A DNA stretch of 64,000 nucleotides, from the NCBI GenBank assembly GCA_043814965.1, contig JBDRJN010000014.1, positions 3,084 to 67,083 of the forward strand, given 5' to 3'. A program made the position numbers and the translations under genes. Source of the stretch: Candidatus Omnitrophota bacterium (GTDB lineage Bacteria; Omnitrophota; Gorgyraeia; Gorgyraeales; Gorgyraeaceae). A model generated the notes under the pieces. It did no database searches, was not told the DNA's origin, and worked only from the letters and a program-made list of their open reading frames with translations. Shown here one piece after another: positions 18,890 to 28,378 of this stretch (positions within the stretch are counted from its first letter, which is position 1; each line of letters begins with the position of its first letter).

Positions 18890-20917
18890 TTGAAATATCC
18901 CAGGTCTTTCAATATCACTACTAAATTTATACTATGGTTTTTAGTCATCGCGCTAGTTCCTCTCATCATAGCTATATCCATAAGCTATAATAGTTCCCAG
19001 GCCGCATTAAGAAAAGAAGTTGCTAATAGCTTGGTAGCAATCGCAAACAATAAGGCCTATCAGATAGAATCGTTTCTCATCGAAAAGAAAAAGAATGTAA
19101 GTTTGTTATCTTATGACTCGGATATTATCGAGATAATGGGGGATTTCAATGATGTATTAGATAGATCCGGCTTTGATTCAGAGGAGTATATAGCCATAGA
19201 AGAAGAGCATAGGTCTTTGCTTACTTATTATAATAAGACCTTAGGTTATGAAGATATCTTTCTTGTAAGGCCAAATGGCGATGTAGCCTTTTCAGTGAAT
19301 AAAACAAAAGATGTTGTCTCGCTTTATGAGATCGCTTTATCTAAAAAACCTTCTGAACTTGTAAACATATTCATAGAGTCTAAAAAATCTTTAAAGATAG
19401 AGACGTCGGATTTCGAATATAATGATATTACAAATAGAGCAGCCTTATTTATAGGCTCCCCGTTGTTCAGGGGCGCTGAGTTTATCGGAGTGCTTATACT
19501 GAAGATGGACAATAGCGATGTATCTAGGTTTGTCCTGGATTATAAGGGCCTTGGTAAAACAGCCGAGACTATAGTAGCCTCCAAAATAAATAATGAGATA
19601 GTCTGTATTACTCCCCTAAGATTCGATAAAGATGCAGCATTTAAGAGAAAACTCCCTTTAGGTTCTAGAAATATGCATTATCTGCAGGATGCTGTCGAGG
19701 GAAAAGACGGCATAGGTATATTTACTGACTATAGAAATAACGATGCCCTCACAGTATGGAGACATCTCCCGTCTTTTCGCTGGGGTATGGCTGTAAAAAT
19801 GGATAGCGTAGAAGTCTTTAAATCAGCAAAGGACTTGAGAGACAGACTGATAGAAATAAGCCTTATTCTTTTGCTAGTGGTCATGATAATGGCTGTTGTC
19901 ATTGCAAGGTCTGTATCCAGCCCGATAAAGAACCTTACTAGGGTTTCAAAGGTCATCAGCAGGGGCAATCTTCTTGCGAGGGCAAAGGTCAATACAAAAG
20001 ACGAATTAGGTGAACTGGCAGAGTCTTTTAACTATATGACTGACAAGCTTATTGAGGCCAAAGCAAAAGTAGAAGAAAAAAACAATCAACTGCAAGAACA
20101 GAAGATATTACTTGAAAAAGTAAACAAAGAACTGGACAGTTTTGTCTATACTGTTTCACATGATCTTAAGACCCCGCTCAATGGCATATACGGTTTTACA
20201 GACCTACTTGAAAAAGATTATTTTGATAAAGTAGGTAAAAATGGACAGGAATACCTCGGGAGGATACGCCATGGCGTGGAAAGGATGCGGAGGCTCATAG
20301 AGGACCTTTTGGCTCTTTCCAGGATCAGTAGGATAAAGAATCCATTTGAAGATGTTGACGTGAATCAATTATTAGAATCTGTTATGGATAGGATAGAATT
20401 CGAGATAAAAAAGAACAATGTGGAGCTTTCTGTTGCAAAAGGCCTGCCTATATTGCATTGTGACAGGATTAAAATGGAAGAGGTGTTTCTTAATCTGATG
20501 ACCAACGCGATAAAATTTTCCTCGAAAGACAGGTCCAATGTACCAAAGATAGAGATAGGATATCATGATAGGCAGGATGCTTATGAATTTTATATAAAAG
20601 ATAATGGCATAGGGATAGAAAAGAAATATCATAAAGAAATATTTGACATCTTTAGAAGGCTTCACCATCAGAAAGAATACGAGGGGACAGGAGCTGGGTT
20701 AAGTATAGTCAAAAGGGTAATAGATGACCATAATGGCAGGATATGGGTAGAAAGTGAGCTGGGACAAGGCACGACATTTTGCTTTACTATTCCTAAAAAA
20801 GGCATGAAGCGAAAAAAACTCGGAGAGATATTGTTGGCAGAAGGAACTATTTCCAAAGAAGACCTCAAAAAAGCCCTAGAAAAACAGGGCATAGATGATA
20901 TTAATGTCTCTAGTTAA
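18890..20917 (+). CDS. Membrane sensor histidine kinase (Cache-like, HAMP, HisKA, HATPase) with a C-terminal MshEN-like motif
   Basis: Two TM helices; DELGELAESFN; SHDLKTPL; NAIKF; DNGIG; GAGLSI; tail KLGEILLAEGTISKEDLKKALEKQ. Confidence 0.9.
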   Translation: MKYPRSFNITTKFILWFLVIALVPLIIAISISYNSSQAALRKEVANSLVAIANNKAYQIESFLIEKKKNVSLLSYDSDIIEIMGDFNDVLDRSGFDSEEYIAIEEEHRSLLTYYNKTLGYEDIFLVRPNGDVAFSVNKTKDVVSLYEIALSKKPSELVNIFIESKKSLKIETSDFEYNDITNRAALFIGSPLFRGAEFIGVLILKMDNSDVSRFVLDYKGLGKTAETIVASKINNEIVCITPLRFDKDAAFKRKLPLGSRNMHYLQDAVEGKDGIGIFTDYRNNDALTVWRHLPSFRWGMAVKMDSVEVFKSAKDLRDRLIEISLILLLVVMIMAVVIARSVSSPIKNLTRVSKVISRGNLLARAKVNTKDELGELAESFNYMTDKLIEAKAKVEEKNNQLQEQKILLEKVNKELDSFVYTVSHDLKTPLNGIYGFTDLLEKDYFDKVGKNGQEYLGRIRHGVERMRRLIEDLLALSRISRIKNPFEDVDVNQLLESVMDRIEFEIKKNNVELSVAKGLPILHCDRIKMEEVFLNLMTNAIKFSSKDRSNVPKIEIGYHDRQDAYEFYIKDNGIGIEKKYHKEIFDIFRRLHHQKEYEGTGAGLSIVKRVIDDHNGRIWVESELGQGTTFCFTIPKKGMKRKKLGEILLAEGTISKEDLKKALEKQGIDDINVSS

Positions 20918-21035
20918 TTACAACCATAGTAAGGCGTTCCTATAAACTCAAGGTGAAATTTTTCCCTCGCAACATAGTATCATAAGAGTGTTACTCGGGA
21001 TCGTCTTTTAAGGAAGTATTTTTATATAGGGCTAA

Positions 21036-21074
21036 AAAAACTCGTCCGTCAATATGTGTGGCGGACTCAAACAG
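21036..21074. repeat. Dispersed hairpin repeat, copy 1
   Basis: AAAAACTCGTCCGTCAATATGTGTGGCGGACTCAAACAG; near-identical copy at 38118-38157. Confidence 0.85.
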
Positions 21075-21076
21075 TA

Positions 21077-21102
21077 GTAGGGGGGCCTTAAGGCTCCCCT
21101 AC
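21077..21102 (+). repeat. GTAG-type REP-like hairpin
   Basis: GTAGGGGGGCCTTAAGGCTCCCCTAC; related 26-mer at 50367-50392. Confidence 0.65.
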
Positions 21103-21262
21103 CGTAGAAAAGGTTTAGGCGAGAGCGAAAAAGAAAATAGAGTAACCCTGCACCGTACTGGTGCAGGGCACGCTGGGAAAATTTTACGTCCTCGAAAGTA
21201 GTACACACAAAGCATGCTAGCAATAATATAGCTTAAACCAAGCTTAAACCGCCACAATTATA

Positions 21263-21292
21263 TTGACTACTATACGCTATATATGCTAGTAT
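21263..21292 (+). promoter_or_regulatory. Putative sigma70 promoter upstream of the lpxL-lpt genes
   Basis: TTGACT-18 bp-TAGTAT with TG; ends only 9 nt before ATG 21302, no obvious RBS. Confidence 0.4.
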
Positions 21293-21301
21293 ATTTTCTC
21301 T

Positions 21302-22195
21302 ATGGCGAAGAAGAGGGCGAAAAGGCTTATTCTATTCTGGCTCTTTAGCTTTCTGAGTATCGTAATTCGGATCTTACCCCTAAGGTTTGCACTTTTTGTA
21401 GGAAAATTTTTAGGAAAGATATCTTTTTATCTACTCAAGAAAGAAAGAGATACAGCCTTAAAAAATCTTGATATTGCGTATGGCGATTCCAAGTCTTTAG
21501 AAGAGAAAAATGCCTTGATCAGGAAGGTATTCGAGAATCTCGGAAAGAACCTGATAGAGATAGTCTCTCTTCCAAAGTTCAATGCTTCTAACATAGATAA
21601 GTATATATCTTGCAGGGGGATCGAAGTTATAGAAGATTTCTTAAATAAAGGAAAAGGCGGAATAGCCCTTAGCGCTCATTTTGGGAACTGGGAACTGATG
21701 GCGCACTATTTTGGGATAAAAGGCTATTCGGTAAATGTAGTTGCCCGCCGTGTAAGGATGGAAGAATTTGAAAGGTTCCTTGTCAGTATAAGAAAAAGGA
21801 ACAATGTAAATGTACTATATCGAGATGGTTCTATAAAGGATATACTAGCCCTTCTCAAGAAAAATCAGTTTATAGGGATAATGCCTGATCAGGATATGGA
21901 TAGCGTATCGGGCGTATTTGTGGATTTTTTTGGGAAAAAGGCCTTTACGCCTAATGGACCGGCAATACTGCATTCTTTGATAAAAAGCCCTATTATACCA
22001 TGTTTCATGATAAGAAAAGGTTTTGGCCATGAAATATGCATAGATAGAGAATTAAGATTGGCTAGTACTGATAACAAAGAGAAGGATATCCTGGATAACA
22101 CCGCCAAATATACGAAAATCATAGAAAGTTATATCAGGAATAATCCAGAGCAATGGGTCTGGTTCCATGACAGGTGGAAGACCAGGCCGGATTAG
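21302..22195 (+). CDS. Lipid A biosynthesis acyltransferase (LpxL/HtrB family)
   Basis: SAHFGNWE, MPDQD, PEQWVWFHDRWK. Confidence 0.9.
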   Translation: MAKKRAKRLILFWLFSFLSIVIRILPLRFALFVGKFLGKISFYLLKKERDTALKNLDIAYGDSKSLEEKNALIRKVFENLGKNLIEIVSLPKFNASNIDKYISCRGIEVIEDFLNKGKGGIALSAHFGNWELMAHYFGIKGYSVNVVARRVRMEEFERFLVSIRKRNNVNVLYRDGSIKDILALLKKNQFIGIMPDQDMDSVSGVFVDFFGKKAFTPNGPAILHSLIKSPIIPCFMIRKGFGHEICIDRELRLASTDNKEKDILDNTAKYTKIIESYIRNNPEQWVWFHDRWKTRPD

Positions 22196-22199
22196 CAAT

Positions 22200-23012
22200 A
22201 TGGAATCAAAAGGTTTAAAAAGGTTGAAGTTAAAAACAGGTATAGTCATATTTTTGACAGCATATTTTAGTTCAGCCTGCTTAGCCTTGACAGATAGCAA
22301 GGCAGGACAATCTCTGGATGGTTTTTCTCTTGTGCAGTATGAGGATAATGTAAAAAGAAAATGGCAGTTAGAAGGAAAAGAGGCCAATATCGAGGAAGAG
22401 CTGGCCAGGATAGATGAAGTATCAGCTATTGTATTTGGGAAAAAGGCCGCATTTAAATTAAAAGCCAAGAAAGGGTATTTCGACTTAAAAGAGCAGAAAG
22501 GGACGCTGCAGGAAGACGTAGTGATAAAGAGTACGGATGGTACAAGGGTAAGAGCGGACTATTTGGATTGGTATGGAAAAACCGATATTATATCAAGCGA
22601 TGGCCTGGTCAGTATACATAGAAGGGATTTTGATATCATAGGAAAAGGCGTATTCTACGACCTTAATCAGAAGATAGCCAGGTTCAAGGAAGATGTAGCG
22701 GTGAATAGTATTATGCCGGATGTGGATGTGGTAGTCACATGCGATGGCCCTTTCGAGATAGATTATGATAAAGGCTGGGCTACTTTTTACAATAATGTAG
22801 CCATCAAGGACAAAAGAGGAAATGTCTTTTCAAACAGGGTCGATTTGTATCTAGGAGAGGACAAAAAGGAATTGGAAAAGATAGTAGCCAGAGAAAATGT
22901 AGAGATTTCGGATAGGGATAACATTATAACAACTGATGAGGCGATATACATAGTAAAAGAAGAAAAACTGATCCTTCCGAATAAGCCGAGATTGGTGATG
23001 AAAAATGAGTAA
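22200..23012 (+). CDS. lptC: LptC/LptA-like beta-jellyroll protein, probably two domains
   Basis: N-terminal hydrophobic segment, KWQLEGKEA, second OstA-like half (VVTCDG...[12 protein letters not shown]); directly upstream of lptB. Confidence 0.7.
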   Translation: MESKGLKRLKLKTGIVIFLTAYFSSACLALTDSKAGQSLDGFSLVQYEDNVKRKWQLEGKEANIEEELARIDEVSAIVFGKKAAFKLKAKKGYFDLKEQKGTLQEDVVIKSTDGTRVRADYLDWYGKTDIISSDGLVSIHRRDFDIIGKGVFYDLNQKIARFKEDVAVNSIMPDVDVVVTCDGPFEIDYDKGWATFYNNVAIKDKRGNVFSNRVDLYLGEDKKELEKIVARENVEISDRDNIITTDEAIYIVKEEKLILPNKPRLVMKNE

Positions 23013-23748
23013 TTATGTGAACAGTGAACACCTGTTGGAAATAAAGGGCCTCGCTAAGTCCTATGAAGATAAAAGAGTGGTGGACGGCGTGGACATGAGT
23101 GTTAAACGGGGTGAGATAGTCGGCCTCTTGGGGCCTAATGGCGCTGGCAAGACCACGACATTTTATATGGTAGTTGGGATGCTTAAACCCGATAAAGGCA
23201 GGATCATATTCGATAATAAAGATATCACTAACTTGGCTATGTATAAAAGGGCCAGGAATGGCATAGGATATCTCTCTCAAGAGCCTTCTATATTCAGGAG
23301 ATTGACAGTAGAAGAAAATATCATGGCTATACTTGAAACCCTAGACCTTCCCAGGAGCATTAGAAAGAAAAGATTGGAAGAACTGTTGGATGAGCTTAGC
23401 ATATCTAATGTTGCAAAGAAAAAGGCATATCTGCTTTCAGGAGGAGAGAGAAGGAGGCTTGAGATAACAAGGGCGCTTGTTACCAATCCGCTTTTTATAC
23501 TTTTGGATGAGCCTTTTAGCGGAATAGACCCTATTGCAGTAGCTGATGCTCAGGAGATAATAGCTGATCTAAAAAGGAAGGGCCTGGGAATATTACTTAC
23601 AGATCACAATGTTAGAGAAACACTTGAAATAACCGACCGTTCGTATATAATGGCGGGAGGGCGTATCCTGATCTCAGGTACTGCAAATGAACTGATAAAC
23701 GACCAAAAGGCACGCGAGATATATCTCGGTGAAAAATTTAGGATGTAG
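23005..23748 (+). CDS. lptB: LPS export ABC transporter ATPase
   Basis: [42 protein letters not shown]. Confidence 0.97.
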   Translation: MSNYVNSEHLLEIKGLAKSYEDKRVVDGVDMSVKRGEIVGLLGPNGAGKTTTFYMVVGMLKPDKGRIIFDNKDITNLAMYKRARNGIGYLSQEPSIFRRLTVEENIMAILETLDLPRSIRKKRLEELLDELSISNVAKKKAYLLSGGERRRLEITRALVTNPLFILLDEPFSGIDPIAVADAQEIIADLKRKGLGILLTDHNVRETLEITDRSYIMAGGRILISGTANELINDQKAREIYLGEKFRM

Positions 23749-23750
23749 AC

Positions 23751-24809
23751 ATGAAAATAAACGTGAAAAAACTTAAAAACTGTAAAAAGATAATAGAAGT
23801 AAAAATACCTTCTGAGAGAGTAAAGGATACATTTGATAAAGTCTATAATAGGCTTAAAAAGGTTGCCAGCGTGCCTGGATATAGAGTAGGCAATGCCCCC
23901 AGAGATCTGCTGGAAAAGCACTATTCAGAGACTGCAAAAGAAGAAGTAATAAAGCGCCTTATCCCAGAGAGTTACAAAGATATCTTGGAAGAGCACAAGC
24001 TGGATCCTATGGGGTATCCTGACATTAAGGATGTAAACCTGGAAATGGATGGGTCGTTTTCTTATGTTGCCAGCATTGAGACTAAACCGGGATTTTCTAT
24101 TAAAAATTATAAGGGGTTGAAACTTAAAAAGAAAAAACTGGAAGTCAAAGAAGAAGATATCAATAAAAATCTTGAATCTCTTAGAGAGATGAATGCAAGT
24201 AAAGTGCCCAAAGAGGATAGCGAGGAAAAGGAAAAGGTCCTGCCAAAACTAGACGATGAATTTGCGAAAGACATAGGTTTTGAAAGCTTAGAAAAATTAA
24301 AAGAAGAAATGCGCAATAATCTGAAGGCAAGGCTTGAGTCTGAGATACGGGTAGACCTTGAGATGCAGATCATAAATCAGCTTGTTGACAGCGTGGACTT
24401 TGATGTCCCGGAGTCTTTGATCGAGTCAGAAAAAACTAGGCTTGTAAAAGATGCTGAATCCAGGATAGCTTATATGGAGGCGATCCAAAAAAAGGAAGCC
24501 CCGGATAAAAAATTTGAAATGAGCGATAAAGATAAGGCTGAATTGAGGGAAAACGCTTCCAAGCAGGCTAATCGTCAGGTAAAGGCATTTTTTATTCTGG
24601 ATAAGATCGCACAAATCGAAAAGATTGACTTGAGCCAGGAGGATATGGATAGTAAAATAGAAGAGATGTCCAGGCAGTATAATAGGCCGAAAGAAGAGAT
24701 AGAAAAGTATCTCCAGGATTCGAATATGATAAATGAGATCGCAGTTAACATAAGAAATAAAAAGGTCATAGATTTATTACTAAAAGAAGCTAATACAAAG
24801 GAGGTATAG
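23751..24809 (+). CDS. tig: Trigger factor lacking the FKBP-type PPIase domain
   Basis: Ribosome-binding motif variant [17 protein letters not shown]; upstream of clpP; only 352 aa. Confidence 0.9.
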   Translation: MKINVKKLKNCKKIIEVKIPSERVKDTFDKVYNRLKKVASVPGYRVGNAPRDLLEKHYSETAKEEVIKRLIPESYKDILEEHKLDPMGYPDIKDVNLEMDGSFSYVASIETKPGFSIKNYKGLKLKKKKLEVKEEDINKNLESLREMNASKVPKEDSEEKEKVLPKLDDEFAKDIGFESLEKLKEEMRNNLKARLESEIRVDLEMQIINQLVDSVDFDVPESLIESEKTRLVKDAESRIAYMEAIQKKEAPDKKFEMSDKDKAELRENASKQANRQVKAFFILDKIAQIEKIDLSQEDMDSKIEEMSRQYNRPKEEIEKYLQDSNMINEIAVNIRNKKVIDLLLKEANTKEV

Positions 24810-24810
24810 C

Positions 24811-25416
24811 ATGTCTATGTTGATTCCTATGGTAGTCGAGCAGTCTGATAGAGGCGAGAGGGCATATGATATATATTCAAGGCTCTTAAAGGACAGGATC
24901 ATATTTATCGGTTCCGTTGTAAATGATGATGTTGCCAACCTTATTATAGCTCAGATGTTGTTTCTCCAGACAGAAGACCCTGATAGTGATATAAATTTCT
25001 ATATAAATAGCCCGGGCGGCAGCGTGACAGCCGGACTTGCCATATATGATACTATGCAGTTTGTAAAACCTGATGTGTGTACGTACTGCGTAGGCCAAGC
25101 AGCAAGTATGGGGGCAGTGCTGCTTGGGGCTGGGTCTAAGGGCAAACGATTTGTCCTTCCAAATTCGCGTGTTATGATACATCAACCCTGGGGAGGGGTA
25201 CAAGGCCAGGCTGCGGATATAAGTATACAGGCGAAAGAGATACTTAAGATGAGAGACAAGATAGACGAGATCCTCGCTAAACATACTGGACAAAAATTGG
25301 ATAAGATAAAGCAAGATACTGACAGGGATTATTTCATGTCAGCAGATGAGGCAAAAGAATACGGGATAGTGGATGAAGTACTTTCCGGAAGTATCAAAAA
25401 GAAGAAAAAGCAATAA
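24811..25416 (+). CDS. clpP: Clp protease proteolytic subunit
   Basis: [29 protein letters not shown]. Confidence 0.98.
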   Translation: MSMLIPMVVEQSDRGERAYDIYSRLLKDRIIFIGSVVNDDVANLIIAQMLFLQTEDPDSDINFYINSPGGSVTAGLAIYDTMQFVKPDVCTYCVGQAASMGAVLLGAGSKGKRFVLPNSRVMIHQPWGGVQGQAADISIQAKEILKMRDKIDEILAKHTGQKLDKIKQDTDRDYFMSADEAKEYGIVDEVLSGSIKKKKKQ

Positions 25417-25466
25417 GCATAACGCTAGTAACCTAAAATATCAAAAGAACAAGGAGAACTGATAAA

Positions 25467-26600
25467 ATGGAAAAGAAATATCTATTAACGCCTGGCCCTA
25501 CGCCTGTTCCGCCTGTTGCTTTGGAAGCCATGGCTAGGCCTATTATTCAACATAGGACATCGCAGTTCCAGGATATATTAAAAGAAGCAGAAGAAAACCT
25601 TCAATACGTATTTCAGACCAAGGAAAAGGTCTTTATACTGGCTTCTAGCGGCACAGGAGCTATGGAAGCCGCTGTCAGCAATGTGCTTTCTTCCGGAGAC
25701 AAGGCCTTAGTAGTGCGCGCTGGTAAATTCGGAGAGAGATGGGGCGAGATATGTTCTGCTTATAAGATAGACTTCGTAGCTATAGATGTGGAATGGGGAA
25801 GATCAGTAGATCCAGAGGATATAAAAAAGATATTGGATAAAGATAGCAAGATAAAGGCAGTATATGTGACTCTTTGCGAGACTTCAACTGGCGTTACAAC
25901 TGATATAAAGGCTATAGCTAACATCACAAAAGACAGGGATGTAATAATAGTTGTAGATGCAATAAGCGCCCTGGGAGCAGTACCTCTCAAGACCGATGAA
26001 TGGGGTATTGATATAGTGGTAGCTGGTTCTCAGAAAGGGCTCATGATACCTCCAGGGCTTGCTTTTATAAGTATGAGCCAAAAGGCTCTTAAGAGATTAG
26101 GAACATCCGATCTTCCAAAGTTCTATTTCGATCTGAAGGCCTATAAAAAATCTATCGATAAATGTGATACACCATATACGCCTTGTGTAAATCTTATTAT
26201 CGGTTTAAACGAGACCCTTAAGCTCATAAAAAAAGAAGGCATTGATAATGTCATAGCCGGCCATCAAAAAAATTCCCTAGCTGTGAGAAACGCAATGAAG
26301 GCATTAGGGCTGGAGCTTTTTAGCCCTGATTTCTATTCTGATGCCGTAACTTCAGTAAAGGTCCCGGATGGAATAGATGGCGGGAAGATAGTAAAGACGA
26401 TGAGAGATAAATATGGAGTAGCTATTGCTGGAGGACAGGGCTCTCTCAAGGGAAAGATATTTAGGATAGCCACAATGGGGTATATTACAAAATCTGATCT
26501 AGAAGTCGGTATAACAACGCTTGAGATAGTCTTGGCTGAGCTAGGTTATAAATTTGAAAAAGGCGTAGGAGTAAAGACATTTAAAGAAAGTTTGAAGTGA
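25467..26600 (+). CDS. Class V PLP aminotransferase (serine-pyruvate/alanine-glyoxylate type; possible SerC substitute)
   Basis: TPGPT, SSGTGAMEA, DAIS, GSQKGLMIPPG; upstream of serA. Confidence 0.88.
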   Translation: MEKKYLLTPGPTPVPPVALEAMARPIIQHRTSQFQDILKEAEENLQYVFQTKEKVFILASSGTGAMEAAVSNVLSSGDKALVVRAGKFGERWGEICSAYKIDFVAIDVEWGRSVDPEDIKKILDKDSKIKAVYVTLCETSTGVTTDIKAIANITKDRDVIIVVDAISALGAVPLKTDEWGIDIVVAGSQKGLMIPPGLAFISMSQKALKRLGTSDLPKFYFDLKAYKKSIDKCDTPYTPCVNLIIGLNETLKLIKKEGIDNVIAGHQKNSLAVRNAMKALGLELFSPDFYSDAVTSVKVPDGIDGGKIVKTMRDKYGVAIAGGQGSLKGKIFRIATMGYITKSDLEVGITTLEIVLAELGYKFEKGVGVKTFKESLK

Positions 26601-26603
26601 TAA

Positions 26604-26706
26604 AAACTCGAAATACTAAATTCGAAATCCGAAACTCGAAACAATGTCTAAATTTAAATTCGAATTTATAATTTGTTTCGGATTTCGGGTTTCGTGCTTC
26701 GAATTT
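26604..26706. repeat. Heptamer-array hairpin (AAATCCG family)
   Basis: AAACTCG AAATACT AAATTCG AAATCCG AAACTCG AAACAA ... TTGTTT CGGATTT CGGGTTT CGTGCTT CGAATTT. Confidence 0.85.
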
Positions 26707-26739
26707 CATAAAATATATATTTAAACCAGGGAGATAGAT

Positions 26740-28323
26740 ATGTTTAAAATATTAGTAAGCGATCCAATGGCTGAAGAAGGCATTGATATACTGAAAAAAG
26801 TAAAGGACTTCGAGGTCGATGTCAAAACAAAGCTAAAGCCGGAGGAACTAAAGGAGATCATAAAGGATTACGATGTTTTATTAGTAAGAAGCGCGACCAA
26901 GGTCACAAAGGACGTAATAGAGAATGCCAAAAAGCTTAAGGTCATAGGCAGGGCTGGCGTTGGCCTGGATAATGTTGATCTACAGGCTGCTTCCAAGAGA
27001 GGTATTATTGTGATGAATACTCCAGGAGGAAATACCATCTCTACCGCGGAACACGCATTTTCTTTAATATTGTCTTTATCAAGGAATATCCCGCAGGCAG
27101 ATCTGTCTACAAAGAGCGGACAATGGGAAAGGAAGAAGTTTATGGGTGTTGAGCTTTATGGCAAGACCCTTGGGATCATAGGGCTGGGCCGTATTGGAAG
27201 CGAGGTTGCCAAGCGCGCTATAAGTTTTGAGATGAAGGTCATTGCATATGATCCGTTCCTGTCTTTAGAAAAGGCAAAGGAACTGGGAGTGGCCAGCGTA
27301 GAGCTTGAAAGGATATTTAAGGAATCAGATTATATAACAGTACATACTCCCATGACGGATGAGACAAGGCATATTATTGATAGGCATGCTATAAGCATGA
27401 TGAAAAATGGAGTACGCCTTGTAAATTGCGCGAGAGGCGGGATCATAGATGAAGAGGCTTTACTTGAAGGCATAAAAAGCAAAAAGATAGCTGGAGCTGC
27501 ATTGGATGTATATGAAAAAGAACCGCCAGACAAGAGCCCTCTTATGGAGTGTGATAATGTGATCCTTACCCCTCACCTAGGCGCTTCTACGGAAGAGGCG
27601 CAAGTCAATGTTGCTATTGATATAGCAAACAGCGCAAGGGACGCTATATTGGGATGCGGCATAAGAAACGCTGTAAATGTACCATGTATTGATGTGGAGC
27701 TATACAGGCTTCTTCAGCCTTATGTAGAGTTAGGTGAAAAGATGGGCCTATTAGCTGGCCAGATCGCTGAAGGAAGGATACAGGAGATAAACATAAGATA
27801 TTCTGGAGAACTGTCAAAGTATTCAGTGACTCCTTTGACGGTAGGTATTGTAAAAGGAGCCCTTACACCGATATTGCAAGACACTGTAAATTATGTAAAT
27901 TCTCTTATTGTAGCTAAAGAAAGAGGGATAAAGATAGGAGAATCAAAATCCATAGATGTAGAAGAATACGCCAATCTTATTACAGTAGAAGTAAAGACCG
28001 ACAAAAAGGATCTTTCGGTCATGGGAACCTTATTTACCAAGAAAGACCCCAGGATCGTAAAGATAGATGAATTTCATGTGGATGCTGTGCCTCAGGGATA
28101 TATGCTGGCAGCTTATAATATAGATGTACCTGGGATAATAGGCAAGATAGGTACTATCTTGGGAAATAACGGGATCAATATTGCAGCTATGAGTTTTGGC
28201 AGAAAAGAGGCTGGAGGAAAGACGCTTTCTGTTTTGAATGTTGATAGCGCTATACCAGAAAAGGTCCTTACTGAGATCAGAAAAGCCAAAAATATCCTTG
28301 ATGCAAAGTTAATAAAGCTGTAA
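26740..28323 (+). CDS. serA: D-3-phosphoglycerate dehydrogenase (with ASB and ACT domains)
   Basis: RAGVGLDNVD, GLGRIG, NCARGG, TPHLGASTEEAQ. Confidence 0.97.
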   Translation: MFKILVSDPMAEEGIDILKKVKDFEVDVKTKLKPEELKEIIKDYDVLLVRSATKVTKDVIENAKKLKVIGRAGVGLDNVDLQAASKRGIIVMNTPGGNTISTAEHAFSLILSLSRNIPQADLSTKSGQWERKKFMGVELYGKTLGIIGLGRIGSEVAKRAISFEMKVIAYDPFLSLEKAKELGVASVELERIFKESDYITVHTPMTDETRHIIDRHAISMMKNGVRLVNCARGGIIDEEALLEGIKSKKIAGAALDVYEKEPPDKSPLMECDNVILTPHLGASTEEAQVNVAIDIANSARDAILGCGIRNAVNVPCIDVELYRLLQPYVELGEKMGLLAGQIAEGRIQEINIRYSGELSKYSVTPLTVGIVKGALTPILQDTVNYVNSLIVAKERGIKIGESKSIDVEEYANLITVEVKTDKKDLSVMGTLFTKKDPRIVKIDEFHVDAVPQGYMLAAYNIDVPGIIGKIGTILGNNGINIAAMSFGRKEAGGKTLSVLNVDSAIPEKVLTEIRKAKNILDAKLIKL

Positions 28324-28378
28324 AAGACAAGTTAAACGTCAGACAGTAACGGAAGACATAGATAAACAAGGAGTCTTT

